A stretch of DNA of 64,000 nucleotides from assembly GCA_009914755.4 (NCBI GenBank), contig CP086569.2:6848001-6912000 (forward strand), given 5' to 3'. Origin of the DNA: the human T2T-CHM13v2.0 reference genome, Homo sapiens. Under the pieces are notes generated by a model, which saw only the letters and a program-made list of their open reading frames with translations, ran no database searches and was not told where the DNA came from. The position numbers and the translations under genes are program-made. Below are positions 1 through 11,466 of the stretch, in pieces; position 1 is the stretch's first letter, and the number at the start of each line of letters is the position of its first letter.

Positions 1-447
1 TGCCCCTCCCCCAGCCTCGCTGCCACCTTGCAGTTCAATCTCAGACTGCTGTGCTAGCAACGAGCAAGGCTCCATGGGTGTGGGATCCTCTGAGCCAGGC
101 ACAGAATATAATCTCCTGGTGTGCCGTTTGCTAAGACCATTGGAAAAGCAGAGTATTAGGGTGGGAGTGACCCAATTCTCCAGGTGCTGTGTGTCACAGC
201 TCTGCTTGGCTATGAAAGGGAATTCCCTGACCCTTTACACTTCCTGGGTGAGGTGATGGCTCACCCTGCTTTGGCTTATGCTCGGTGTGCTGCACCCATT
301 GTCCTGCACCAACTGTCCAACAAGCCCCAGTGAGATGAACCTGGTACCTCAGTTGGAAATGCAGAAATCACCTGTCTTCTGCTGCACTCACACTGGGAGC
401 TGTAGACTGGAGCTGTTCCTATTCAGCCATCTTGGAACTGCCCCCTG
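1..447 (-). mobile_element. L1 (LINE-1) 5'UTR 5'-terminal fragment; the rest of the element lies upstream of the window
   Basis: The + strand ends ...ctgggagctgtagactggagctgttcctattcagccatcttgg, which is the reverse complement of the L1 5'UTR start GGGGGAGGAGCCAAGATGGCCGAATAGGAACAGCTCC. The same 5'UTR segment recurs at 59440-59848. Confidence 0.8.
74..256 (+). other. L1 antisense ORF0-like open reading frame inside the L1 5'UTR (60 aa, MGVGSSEPG...)
   Basis: The ORF lies antisense within the L1 5'UTR. A paralogous ORF (MGVGPSEPGVGYNLVVRRFLSPSEKRSIWVGVTQFSRC...) sits at the equivalent position of the second L1 at 59539-59766. This position and orientation match the described primate L1 ORF0. 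Confidence 0.4.
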
Positions 448-1207
448 AGGGTCTGTATTTTTCTAAGAGTGGTTGTTGCCATTTACTACTTTGTTTTTGA
501 AATCACTGTTTTGCATCTGGGTGAGACTAACATGGGTTATGTGATGATCCAATATTTATTGTTTACTATTGCTACTGAAATTATTTCTTACAAAGTTCTC
601 TTCAGGTGGGAAGGAGGCAAATATTGATGTGAATGCAATGTTGTACACTTATTCTATGACCTGAAGATCAATCAATTCAAAGTAAATTAGTGACAACAAT
701 CTTCATTTAACATTTCTGCACTCTCAAAGTACAGGAAAGAATATGAACTGAATTAAATACAAGTACACAGGATTTATAAGTGGAGTCTTCTTGTGTATAC
801 ATAACAAAAGGTGGTGAACCCACAAAATTCTGTGCATCCTCAAGAGACAGCCTCATGTGGCCCCAGTGGGTCTACAATAGGCAGGTCTGGGCAGAGCAGC
901 CCCAAATCTGTTAAACAAGAAACAAAACTCCTTAATCACTTGGGCACCATGATGGTGATAACGCACATCTACCTACTATCTAGGGCTCCATGATTAGAGG
1001 TTTAAACTGGGAAACAAACTAGCATTGCCTTTGGTTGGAATGAATTCTTAAGCTCATTAGTTATGTGATAACACCCAGAAAGTTCTGCCACATGACTGTA
1101 GGGTGTCTAGGGATCTTCAGTACAGCTCAGTTCCCACATAAGATTGGTAATGACATCAGAAACCATGTTGCAAAGGGAAGCCTCCAGAGAGAGAGTGAAG
1201 GAGTTGT

Positions 1208-1450
1208 TTGATGAATGCACCAGAACAGCCAAATTCTGCAGGTAACTTTGTTTTATTTCTTTGTCTCCAGCAAAACTGGCCATCTATGAACTTTTGTAAG
1301 ACACTAGTGGCTCATACCAAATTTGAGGTAGTAAGGGGATCTACAGAGACCACAGAAGGGAAGGGAAATCTACAAGAGAAGCAGGAAAAGCCTGTTCTAG
1401 AAGCCCCTCCAAAGGAAAAGGAGTTTCCTCCTCTCTATGTTCCAATGTAA
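1208..1450 (+). pseudogene. gag: gag p12-like region remnant with a PPLY late-domain-like motif
   Basis: The ORF ends ...PPKEKEFPPLYVPM, which resembles the PPPY L-domain of the gammaretroviral p12 region and lies immediately upstream of the CA homology. Confidence 0.35.
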
Positions 1451-1589
1451 CCATTGTTTTCAAGGTTAAGGAAAGGTGTTACACAGGTGGCCCTTGAAGA
1501 ATCAAACTCAGAGGAGAGTGAATCCCAGGCATCACTCCATAGGGAAGAGCCTGACCTCCTGCCCATAAAAACTAAGGAGGAACGTCAGG

Positions 1590-2445
1590 GTGATGAGGCA
1601 TGCCATCTTAGATTGGGCCACACCTGAGCCTTGCAAATACCCCTCTGGGAGACTCAAAGCCAAATCTATCATGATGAAGAAGGTCAGGTCCAGGAAGGAC
1701 AAGTCTTTTGGTTTATCAAACTTTCTCCACCACCAACCTTCTAAACTGGAAACATCATGCTCCCTCCTATATGGAAAAGCCCCAGACCCTTATACACTTG
1801 ATGCAGTCTGTCTTCCTGACTCATAATCCTACCTGGCCAGACTGTCAGCAACTCCTCTTAATGCTGTTCAATATGAAGGAACACCATACTGTGGCTCAAA
1901 CAGCCCTCCAGTGGTTAGACAGCAATGTGCCTCAAGGCACAAATGATGTCTGGTGATATGCACAGGAAAGATTCCCAGAGACAGACCCTAGCTGGAACCC
2001 CAATGAGGCAGGAGGGTTGCAAAACCTGCAGAGGTTTCGGGAGGCACTCCTAAATGGAATAAAAGCTGAAGGGAAAAAGGCAATGAATATAGGAAAAGTC
2101 TCAGAGGTTCGGCAAAAGGCCGATGAAAGTCCCAGTAAGTTTTATGAAAGACTTTGTGAGGCATACTGGCTTTAGACTCCATTTGACCCAGAGGCTGTGG
2201 GGAATCAGTGCATGGTCAGTGTGGCATTTGTAGGCCAGGCGCAAGGTGATACTAGGTGGAAGCTTCAGAATTTAGAAGGTTTTGAGTGCATGAATGCTAC
2301 TCAGCTTATACAAGTGGCCACTAAGCCGTCTCTTAACCAAGAGGAGGGAGCCAAGAAAGAGGCTAAGCTAAAGGCTAAGGAGAAGGCTGATCTGTTGGTG
2401 GCTGCATTGGTTGAAAAAGAGACTGATTTTGTCAGAGGATAAGGA
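1590..2445 (+). pseudogene. gag: gag capsid (CA, p30-like) remnant, disrupted by stops and frameshifts
   Basis: The window sequence FSTTNLLNWKHHAPSYMEKPQTLIHLMQSVFLTHNPTWPDCQQLLLMLF aligns with MLV [51 protein letters not shown]. The downstream ...SKFYERLCEAY... corresponds to MLV SAFLERLKEAY (major homology region). Confidence 0.8.
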
Positions 2446-2718
2446 TGTGGTCATGGAAGAGGTCCAGTGAGACCAGGGTTTGAAGGCCACACAAGGCTAG
2501 AGAGGGATCAATGTGGAAGATGCAAGCAGAAAGCACACTGGAAGGATGAATATTCAGAGAGAGAAAAGGATGAGAACAGCAGTCCAGAAGCGGGCACTTT
2601 GTTTAGACTGTCAGCTATGAGTTGATGTGTCCTGAAGCTAGACACTGACCTTGTCGGCCTCAAAGACTATGAAGACTGAGATAGACCAGGCTCCATCTTT
2701 CTAGGCCCCTGGGAGCCT

Positions 2719-2901
2719 ATGGTCACAATGGAAGTGGGAGGCCAGCAGGTAGACTTTATGGTGGACACTGGTGCTGAACATTCAGTGGTGACTCGGCCCA
2801 TAGGCCCTCTATCTAAAAACTGTGCAACTATAGTTGAGGCAACCAGTGTTTCAGAAAAGAGGCCATTCTTTCAATCCAGAAGGTGTGTTATTGGAGGATG
2901 A
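2719..2901 (+). pseudogene. pro: retroviral aspartic protease remnant
   Basis: MEVGGQQVDFMVDTGAEHSVVT contains the DTGA active-site motif and aligns with MLV [24 protein letters not shown]. Confidence 0.8.
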
Positions 2902-2940
2902 GAAGTCCAACATGAATTCTTATATCTGCCAAATTGCCTG

Positions 2941-4079
2941 GTGCCCCTGCTAAGGAGAGACTTACTTCAAAAGCTGCAAGTGCAGGTCTCTTTCAGGGCA
3001 GGAGAAGGCATGGTGCTAGATCTCAGTCGGCCAAAATCTATGATGTTAATGCTTACCCTTCCACAGACTGAGGAGTGGAGGCTATATGTAAAAGAGGCAG
3101 ACAAGCCATTTAAGTTTATGGACAGGCTATTTGATGAACTGGTTTCTAAGATTCCTGAAGTTTGGGTGGAAGAAAACCCACCAGGACTGGCTATAAACCA
3201 GTGCCAGTGGTAATGGAATTAATTCCAGGTGCTTCACTGATGCACATTCCTCAATACCAAGTGTCTACAGAGGCAGTGTGAGGAATGATCAAGCACGTAA
3301 ATCAGCTATTAGAACACAGAATTATAAAAAAGTGTAAGTCACCTTGGAAAATACCTCTTTTACCGGTGCAAAAACTGTCTGGCAGGTTTAGACCAGTACA
3401 AGATCTCCAGGCTATAAATAAAGTCACTGTTACTCTACATGCAGTGGTGCCCAACCCATACACTCTGAGGGGCCATATTCCTGCCCATGCTGCCTGGTTC
3501 ACCTGCTTAGACTTAAAAGATGCTTTCTTTTGCCTCTGGTTAGTGCCAGTGAGCCAACCTATTTTTGCATTTCAATGGGGAGAAACACAATATACCTGGA
3601 CCAGACTCCCACAAGGGTTCAAAAACTTCCCTACTATCTTTGATGAGGCATTAGCAACAGTTCTCAAGGTTTTTCCTGCCAAATGACAAGTGTGTTCTGT
3701 ACAATACATAGATGACATTTTGTTTGTGGCCCCCACCAAGGAAGATTGTCTCCAGGGCACAGAAGTCCTCCTTCGCCTTCTATGGAAGGCAGGCTATAAG
3801 GTGTCTCAGAAAAAGGCCCAAATGTGTGGTAAAAGAGTAAAGTATCTGGGATTCTTGGTAACCCAGGGGCAATGCAAACTTGGCAGCAAGCAAAAACAGG
3901 CTTTGTGCACACTTCCTACCCAAATGACCCACCGCCAAATAAGGGGGTTTCTGGGAGCCGCAGGTTTCTGCTGCATTTGGATTCCAAACTTTTCACTTAT
4001 GGCAAAACCCTTACATGAAGCCACAAAGCGGGAGAAAAACAGACCCTCCTTTGGGGTATTGAGCAAGAGAAGCCTTTAA
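2941..4079 (+). pseudogene. pol: reverse transcriptase remnant (fingers, palm and thumb) in three frame-shifted pieces
   Basis: The window sequence SPWKIPLLPVQK...RPVQDLQAINK...VPNPYTL...[10 protein letters not shown]...SQPIFAFQW...[20 protein letters not shown] aligns with MLV RT SPWNTPLLPVKK...RPVQDLREVNK...[10 protein letters not shown]...[20 protein letters not shown]. The polymerase motif YIDD (variant of YVDD) lies at about 3705-3716, followed by KKAQMC..VKYLGF. Confidence 0.85.
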
Positions 4080-4099
4080 TAAGATAAAAAAGGACTTAA

Positions 4100-4990
4100 T
4101 TCAAGCCCCAGCCTTGGGACTACCAGACCTGACAAAGCTTTTCTTCCTCTAGGTGCACAAGAAGCAAAGGATAGTAGTAGAAGTTTTAGTTCAGATCGTA
4201 GGATCGTGGTATCAACCTGTGGCATACTTGTCAAAATGGCTGGACCTAGTGGCCCTAGGATCCCCGGTCTCCCCCATTTCCAGGCAATAGCTGCCAGTGC
4301 CATGCTAGCAGAAGATGCCAGTAAATCAACTCTAGGGCAAAAGCTAATTATCCAGGTGCCACATACCATCGTTACCATAATGGAACAGAGGACATCATTG
4401 GCTATCAAGTCCAAGAATGTTAAGGTATCAAGTACTTTTATGTGAAAATCCATATATAACCTTAGAGACTGTGAACACCTTGAATCTGGCCACCCTTCTC
4501 CCCGTAGAGATGCCCAAGCTGCCCAATCATATGCCACAGCATTATTGTGTAGATCTGGTGGATGAGGAGTTCTTGAGTCAGAGAGACTTGAAGGACCAGC
4601 CCTTTTGAGACTCAGAGTTGAATATTTCACAGATGGGAACAGTTTTATATCAGAAGAGGCCCATCGAGCTGGAGATGCAGTAGTGACCATATATTTGGTG
4701 GCAAAGGCCTGGTCTCTGCCCACAGAAACATCAGCTCAAAAGGCAGAGTTAATAGCCCCAACCAGAGCATTGCTATTAGTCAAAGGAAAGTCACTTAATA
4801 TTTGCACACTCAAAGTACACTTTTGCTACATTGCATGCTCATGGAGCTGTTTACAAAGAAAGAGAACTTTTAACTGCTGGGGGAAAGGAAATTAAAAATA
4901 AGGAAGAAATTTTATAGCTTCTAGTTGCTGTATCAGCTCTGGAGACAGTAGCAGTTATTCACTGTAAAGAACACCAGGTGGGAGATGGCA
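4100..4990 (+). pseudogene. pol: RT connection domain and RNase H remnant
   Basis: The window sequence YFTDGNSF..EAHRAGDAVVT...TSAQKAELIA aligns with MLV RNase H WYTDGSS..GQRKAGAAVTT...TSAQRAELIA. The antisense 215-aa ORF at 4076-4723 is an artefact. Confidence 0.65.
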
Positions 4991-6300
4991 CTGAGGCAAG
5001 AAGAAAGAGGAAAGAGGATAGAGAAGCACAACGAGCAGCCATGACAGATGCACGTCCTGAAAAGGAGACCCAACCGTGCTGCTCTTGCTAGAGCTCTCCT
5101 TACCAGAGGTCCCAAGTTACTCTCTGAATGAAAAAGCCTGGTTTGGGCAAGAGACTGGAAATTACTTAGAAGGAGCCTAGTTGAAATTCTCAGTTGGGAA
5201 CCTGGCCATTCTGGAGGCAACAGTCCCGAGGTTTGTGAAGCAGTTCCATCAAGGAATACACATGGGAATAACAGCATGAGACACATCGATCTGGCAGCAC
5301 TTCTATGTGCCACATCTCACTGTTATCACATGAGCTATTAGTGAGCAGTGCCTAACTTGTGGCCAGAATAATCCATGGCAAGGTCAAACCCAGCTTCCAG
5401 AAATTCAAGCAACAGGGGCAGCACCTTGAGAAAATCTGTTCACCGACTTTACTGAGCTGTCTTGAGCTGGAGGCTATCAGTACACGTTAGTGTTTGTTTG
5501 CACCTTCTCCAGGTGGGTTGAGGCATTCCCCACCCAGACAGAGAAAGCACGAGAAGTGACTCAGGTATTATTAAAAGACATTATACTCAGATTTGGACTG
5601 CCATTGACTTTAAGATCAGATAATGGGCCAGCATTTGTAGCTGAAGTTGTTCAACAACTAAACCAATCGTAAAAGATTGAACAGAAATTGCACACCGCTT
5701 ACCATCCACAAAGTTCAGGAGAAGTAGAGCAGTTGAACCGGACGCTCAAGCAACTGCTGAAGAAGTTTTGCCAAGAAACTCATCTCAGGTGGGATCAGGT
5801 CTTGCCCATGTCACCTTCTCCGAGTCAGGTGCACCCCTACTAAAAAAAGTGGGTATTTGCCCTACAAAATTGTGTTTGGCTGACCACCACCAATTATAAC
5901 TCATGTTAAAGGTGATCTACGGGAACTAGGGGAATTAACTTTAAGAAGCCAAATGAAGGCCCTAGGGCTGGCTATGCAAAAAGTTTGCGGCTGGGCACAA
6001 GAAAGGATGCCTATAAGCCTAACGGATCCAGTTTACCCTTTTATGCCTGTGGGCCAAATTTAGGTTAAGAAATGGAACCCAGCCACTCTAGGGCCCACAT
6101 GGGATGGGACCCACACTGAAATCTTGTCCACTCCCACTGCTGTTAAAGTCACATGTGTCACACCGATACACTATACCCGACTAAAACTGGCAGCATTGGA
6201 CCAGTGGACCAGTCAGCAGGACCCAGACCATGCAACACAACTGATCCTGTGGTGGACCAGTTTACTACTGAGAAAGACGACTGCCCTGCTCTGACCACTC
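4990..6300 (+). pseudogene. pol: integrase remnant (zinc-finger region, catalytic core, C-terminus)
   Basis: The window sequence [48 protein letters not shown] followed by LHTAYHPQSSGEVEQLNRTLK aligns with MLV IN [49 protein letters not shown]. Confidence 0.7.
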
Positions 6301-6429
6301 TGGAGGCTGGTCAATCTAGACACAGCTGAAGCTTGAGGAAATGCCAAGCCCTGCTCTAGCCACACCACTGGAGGCTGGCTAGTCTAGGCACAGCCAAAGC
6401 CTGAGGAGTCTACATCAGATGAATAAATG

Positions 6430-8700
6430 CGGATAGGAATTTTAAGTTTGTTTGCTATCTTAGTGTTGCTGATTGCCTTGTTACTATGCTATCATTATTG
6501 CCAATCTTTCTGAGAAAGGACTTTTTCTGCCCATGTCTAGTATGAAGATACTGCTTTTTTTTTTTTGCTTTGCTAGCAGCGGTGCATGAGGCTATGCAGG
6601 AAGAAGTACAATTCAAAGAAGGAGGTTCACTCTGCATGCATACTACATTGATAAAGAATGCAGTTGTTAAGACTTTATTATACCACACATACTATGAATG
6701 CCCACGGACTAAGCTAGGTGTCTGTACCCACAATCAAACTATTTACTAAGTCTGTGATCCAGAGAATGAACAACCCTACACATGCTATGACCCAAAGTTC
6801 TTACCTAGGAACTGGTTTGAAATTCATACTGGATCAAAGGAAAGTAGTCTCTTAAATCAGACCAAGATCTCATCCGCCCACAAAGGAGCTGTACCCATGT
6901 ACCTTAATGTATGCCAATGGACATCTAGTAATACAACTTTCTCAAAGTGGTTTCCACATACTTATCCCCTAGCCACTGCTTCTACAGGATACTCCACTTC
7001 CTGCCTAAACAAGAAGGTCTGTAAACCCTTTGTCTGCCCCTCCAAGATTCCAGCAGAGGCTGATTGGTATTGCCCAACACAGTATACAGAACTAGGTGTG
7101 GAACCTGTGACAGTCATGGTTATCCAAATGTAGAAAGACCCAGATTGTAGGACTGGCACACACAATCTTATAATCCTTACTAATTTAAAGCCAGATCTCC
7201 CCACATGGACTACAGGGCTCTCCCTGACATTACAAATGGGAGACCAAAAGTCAGAGAGTAATTTATACATTATAAAGTAGACCTGGACCTGTCCAGCCCA
7301 ACAGCAGTTTCAGGTCTTTAAGTAATTTAATGAGCATTTCAAGCAAGAGGTACCTGAAGTGCCCCCTCGTATAGCTATAAATTTGTTTGCACAGTTGGCT
7401 GAAAACACAGCTGGTAGCCTGGGGATTTCCTCATGTTATGTCTGTGGAGGAACAAATATAGGACACCAATGGCCTTAGAAAGCTAAAGAGATATTGCTTC
7501 AAAAAAATTATACCCTAACCTTTTTATCCTCAGAGCGGACACTCACAAGCCCAAGTGTTTAGCTAGTGAAGACTTTTATCATTAAGAGATACTGCATAGC
7601 CTGTTGGAGAAAGGCTTTTCCTAACCCAGTGGGAGAATTAGCCTGGCTAAGGCAGCAATACTACAATGACACAGTAAGAAAAACTTTGTGATGGGGTAAA
7701 AATAAGCTAGGCAAGAATACCACCAGATAGCCATGCTGCAATCCATTTTCATGTTTCCCTTTCCTGTTTCCCTTCCTTGAACCACTCGTGGTATCAACTA
7801 GAGATACCAGCCACCTGACAAGCAGCTTCTGGCCTGTGTTGGATCTGTGGGGCAAGAGCATATAGGAAATTGCCAGATAAGTGGACAGGAGCTTGCATGC
7901 TAGGAACAATAAAACCTTCATTTTTCCTACTTCCACTACAAAAAGGAGAAATGCAAGGATATCCCATATATGATGAAAATAGAAAGAGAGCTAGAAGGAG
8001 CATAATCTCAAAAATAGATACAAATATCAAGAAGCACATAGACATAGGGGACTGGAAAGACAACGAATCAATGAATGCTCTCTCAAAACAATTATTAAAT
8101 ACTATAGGCCAGCTACCTGGGCACAGAATAGGTCCTGAGGATACTGTACCCCGATCTATATGTTCAACCACATCATAACACTACAAGCTGTACTAGAAAT
8201 CACCACCAATGAAATTGCAAAGGCTTTGGATTTATTGGCTCTACAAGCCACACAGATGAGAACTGCTATATATCAAAATAGGCTGGCATTAGATTACCTC
8301 CTAGCCTCAGAAGGATGTGTCTATGGAAAGTTCAATCGGACGAACCTTTGTCTAGAAATTGATGACAATAGGAAGGCTGTCATGGAAATCACTGCCAGGA
8401 TGCAGAAGTTAGCTCATGTTCCGGTTCAAACTTAGTCAAGATGGTCTCCAAATTCCCTTTTTGGGGGATAGTTTTTGATCTTTGGAGTATTTAAAACCTT
8501 GATAGAATGGTTCATGCTTATCATAAGTTGGCTGCCTAATACTCCCTTTTCTCCTGCCACTTCTCATCGGAAGTATTCAGACAACTATAGAAGCAATTGT
8601 GGCCAGACACACAACTACTCAGATCTTGGCCCTGACCAAGTATCAGACCCTGCCCCAGGAAGAGTATGTACCAACCCCAGAGGAACTAGATAATTGTGGT
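6430..8700 (+). pseudogene. env: env remnant: SU heavily degraded; TM (about 7870-8693) retains a furin-like site, heptad/immunosuppressive-like domain and membrane anchor
   Basis: An RKRARR basic cleavage motif lies at about 7990-8010. The ORF at 8160-8435 reads [51 protein letters not shown], the gamma-type TM ectodomain pattern. The ORF at 8475-8693 is hydrophobic (WFMLIISWL) with a short tail. Confidence 0.65.
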
Positions 8701-8736
8701 GCTCTCTATTGAAGCCTAATTCTTATATACAGCACC

Positions 8737-8747
8737 AAAGGGGGGAA
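8737..8747 (+). promoter_or_regulatory. polypurine tract (plus-strand primer site) immediately 3' of env
   Basis: The sequence is AAAGGGGGGAA, directly upstream of the LTR-like block. Confidence 0.5.
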
Positions 8748-9202
8748 TAAAGTGGAAAATTAAAAGAAATTAAGAACTTACTGTATAAAGTTAGGCAGAA
8801 TAGGTATGAAATGCCCCCCCAAGAAGTGAGAGTTAAGTAAGACTATAAACTGACTTTCTGTGGAGTCTGTGAAGCATTAACCATATCTCTCCTCAACATA
8901 TTTTGTAAGTTCTGTAAGTTCTTAATTTTCTAGCTGTGCAGCTGCAAGGTCACAAAATAGATAAACATAAGCTGCAAGACATGTTTTCCGAAGAATGTCA
9001 CATGATGATTAACTGCCTTTGTTCTCACTTCTGTAAGCCTGCTTCCTGGATCACATAATTCCCGCCTGAAGATGCATAAAAGGCACTTGTTTTCTTCGTT
9101 TACTGCTCAGACTTTCAAGACGTGTCCCCTGAGCCAGTGTACACCTAAAATAAACCCTCCTGAACCCCACTTGGTCTCTCCAGTTCTCTGATTTCTGCCA
9201 CA
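8748..9202 (+). repeat. 3' LTR of the provirus (about 455 bp), with a TATA-like CATAAAAGG (about 9070) and AATAAA (about 9150), ending in CA
   Basis: Its position after the polypurine tract, its size, the spacing of the TATA-like box and poly(A) signal, and the terminal CA before unrelated sequence support the call. The LTR family is not assigned. Confidence 0.45.
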
Positions 9203-9414
9203 GTGCAACTTTAAATCCACATGAAATCTGAACTAATATAGGGAAGATGCAGCATTTGTAGCCAGCAATTACCCTGGAAATTCCCCAGAAACAGTAACAT
9301 TCTGATTCCTATAGGCTTTCTTGTCTGACTTTGCATCCAGCTTTCCTTTCTTCTTTTTTTTTTAATCATGAAGAGGATATTGAAATATAACTTTAAAAAG
9401 AAACAAGAGTCCCA

Positions 9415-9845
9415 AGCATGGTAGCTCACACCTGTCATCCCAGCACTTTGGGAGGTAGAGGTGGGAGGATACCCTGAACCTAGGGCAACATAGTGAGATC
9501 CCAGCTCTACAGAAAAGTTTTTAAAATTGGCCAGGCTTGATAGCATGCACCTAATGGTCCCAGCATCACAGGAGCCTGCGATAGGAGGATCGTTTAGCCC
9601 AAAGTTTGATACCAGCCTGGGCAACATAGTAAGGCCTCATATCTACAAAACGTTTTTAAAAATTAGCCAGATATAGTGGCACACACCTGTGGTCCAAGTA
9701 TCACAGGGGGTTGAGACACAAGGATTGTTTGAGCCCACAAAAGTTGAGACTGCAGTGAGCTATGATCACACCACTGCACTCCATCCTGGGCAACAGAGTA
9801 AGATCCTGCCTCTAAAAAAATAAAAAATAAAAAAATAAAAAAAGA
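9415..9845 (+). mobile_element. Alu monomer-like fragment followed by an old full Alu (AluJ-like) with an A-rich tail
   Basis: Alu consensus blocks ggctcacacctgt..cccagcactttgggagg and gcagtgagct..cactgcactcca..ctgggcaacagag are present. Confidence 0.85.
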
Positions 9846-9937
9846 TTGCTTTTGGAGGCCAGACCAGACTTGGATATTATGGTAAAACGAGAAAATGCAA
9901 ATGGAAATGTATTTTAGCAGCATTAAAGTATCATCCC

Positions 9938-10261
<324 letters not shown>

Positions 10262-10708
10262 ATGGATCATCCCTGACAAACATATTTCTGGCCTTTTGCA
10301 TGCAAACAGTGATTACACCCATGTAGCCAGTCCCGCTGCTGCCACCAGCAGTTCAGCTCCCTTGGGACAAAATACCTTAGATGAACACTCACTTCTCTTA
10401 TTGAATCTGGCCATTTAGGGGATGGAGGTGACTCCTCCTGACCTCTTCTGCAGGTTCCTCGTACATTTCTGCTCTCCATTCTAGAACCTCAAATCTTAAA
10501 CATCACGTTCTCTGGTTTCACTGTAGCCACTTGACCTGTGCTCTTTCTGTAGTTGTCACTCCAAATAGATGATTCTCCCTGACCTCTTTTATCCCATAAT
10601 TCCCCCACATTGACACCTAAGGCAGGACACATTAGAGAAGACAGAAAATCAAGTCTAGTGAGAAAGCAATCAACAATGCTTTGCTACCAATTTCTGTTCA
10701 AAGAAATA

Positions 10709-10995
10709 GGCCAGGTGCAGTGGTTTACACTGCAATGTAAGCACTTTGGGAGGCTGGGGTGGGAAGATTGGATTGCTTGAGCCCAGGAGCTCAAAACCAG
10801 CTTAGGCAACATAGTGAGACTCTGTCTCTACAAAAAACATAAAAAATTAGCTGGGCTTGATGGTATGCATCTGTAGTCTCAGCTACTGAGGAGGCTGAGG
10901 TGGGAGGATCAGTTGAGCCCAGAGTTCAGGGCTGAGTGAGCTAAGATCATACCACTGCCCTCCAGCCAGTGCAACAAAGTGAGATCACACTCAGA
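10709..10995 (+). mobile_element. Alu (old, AluJ-like)
   Basis: Alu consensus blocks are present but diverged. Confidence 0.85.
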
Positions 10996-11144
10996 AAAGC
11001 ATATGCCTTCATTTATTAATTTTCTCATGCAACCAATATTTATTTGAGTTAGGATTGTATGCTCAGGAACATACCAGATACAAAAGGATATAACAGAAAA
11101 TGTAACCAGCAATGCCTCTGCCCTTGTTGAGTTTAAAATCTAGT

Positions 11145-11466
11145 GGCCACAGGGGTAAGGCTTGGTGACACATGCCTGTAATCTCAGCACTTTGGGAGGG
11201 CTAGGAGGGAGGATCATTTGAACCCAGGAGTTTGAGACCAGCCTGGGGTACATGGCAAAACCCTCTCTCTACAAAAAACTTAAAAAGTTAGTTGGGCTTG
11301 GGGGTGCATACCTGTAGTCTCAGCTACTAAGGGGACTGAGCTGGGAGAATCACCTGAGCCCAGGAAGTCGAGGCTTCAGTGAGCTGTGACCCTGCTACTG
11401 CAATCCAGCCTGGGCAATGGAAAGAGACCCTGTCTCAAAAGAGTTAATTAATTAATTAATTAATTT
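11145..11466 (+). mobile_element. Alu with a (TTAA)n tail
   Basis: Matches the Alu consensus. The tail reads ttaattaattaattaattaatt. Confidence 0.85.

Larger units (their letters stand above)
450..9202 (+). mobile_element. Class I (gammaretrovirus-like) endogenous retrovirus provirus remnant: leader/gag-pro-pol-env plus 3' LTR. The 5' LTR and primer-binding site are missing (the L1 fragment at 1-447 abuts the element); env TM motifs are HERV-H/F-like
   Basis: Frame-by-frame translation gives collinear matches to MLV-type Gag CA, PR, RT, RNase H, IN and Env TM. No ORF exceeds 133 aa, so the element is old and degraded. A polypurine tract and LTR follow env. Confidence 0.85.

Noticed and set aside
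811-993. A 60-aa ORF (MVNPQNSVHPQETASCGPSG..) in the proviral leader region and a TGGTGAACCCACAAAATTC stretch that might be a primer-binding site.
   Set aside because: The 18-mer does not match any tRNA 3' end I can recall (His, Phe, Pro, Lys, Arg, Trp) and no LTR precedes it. The ORF has no Gag matrix-like features, so it is treated as a chance ORF in the degraded leader/MA region.
4076-4723. A 215-aa ORF on the minus strand inside the provirus.
   Set aside because: It lies antisense to the RT-connection/RNase H region, whose sense strand carries the clear retroviral homology. It has no recognisable motifs and is a chance open frame.
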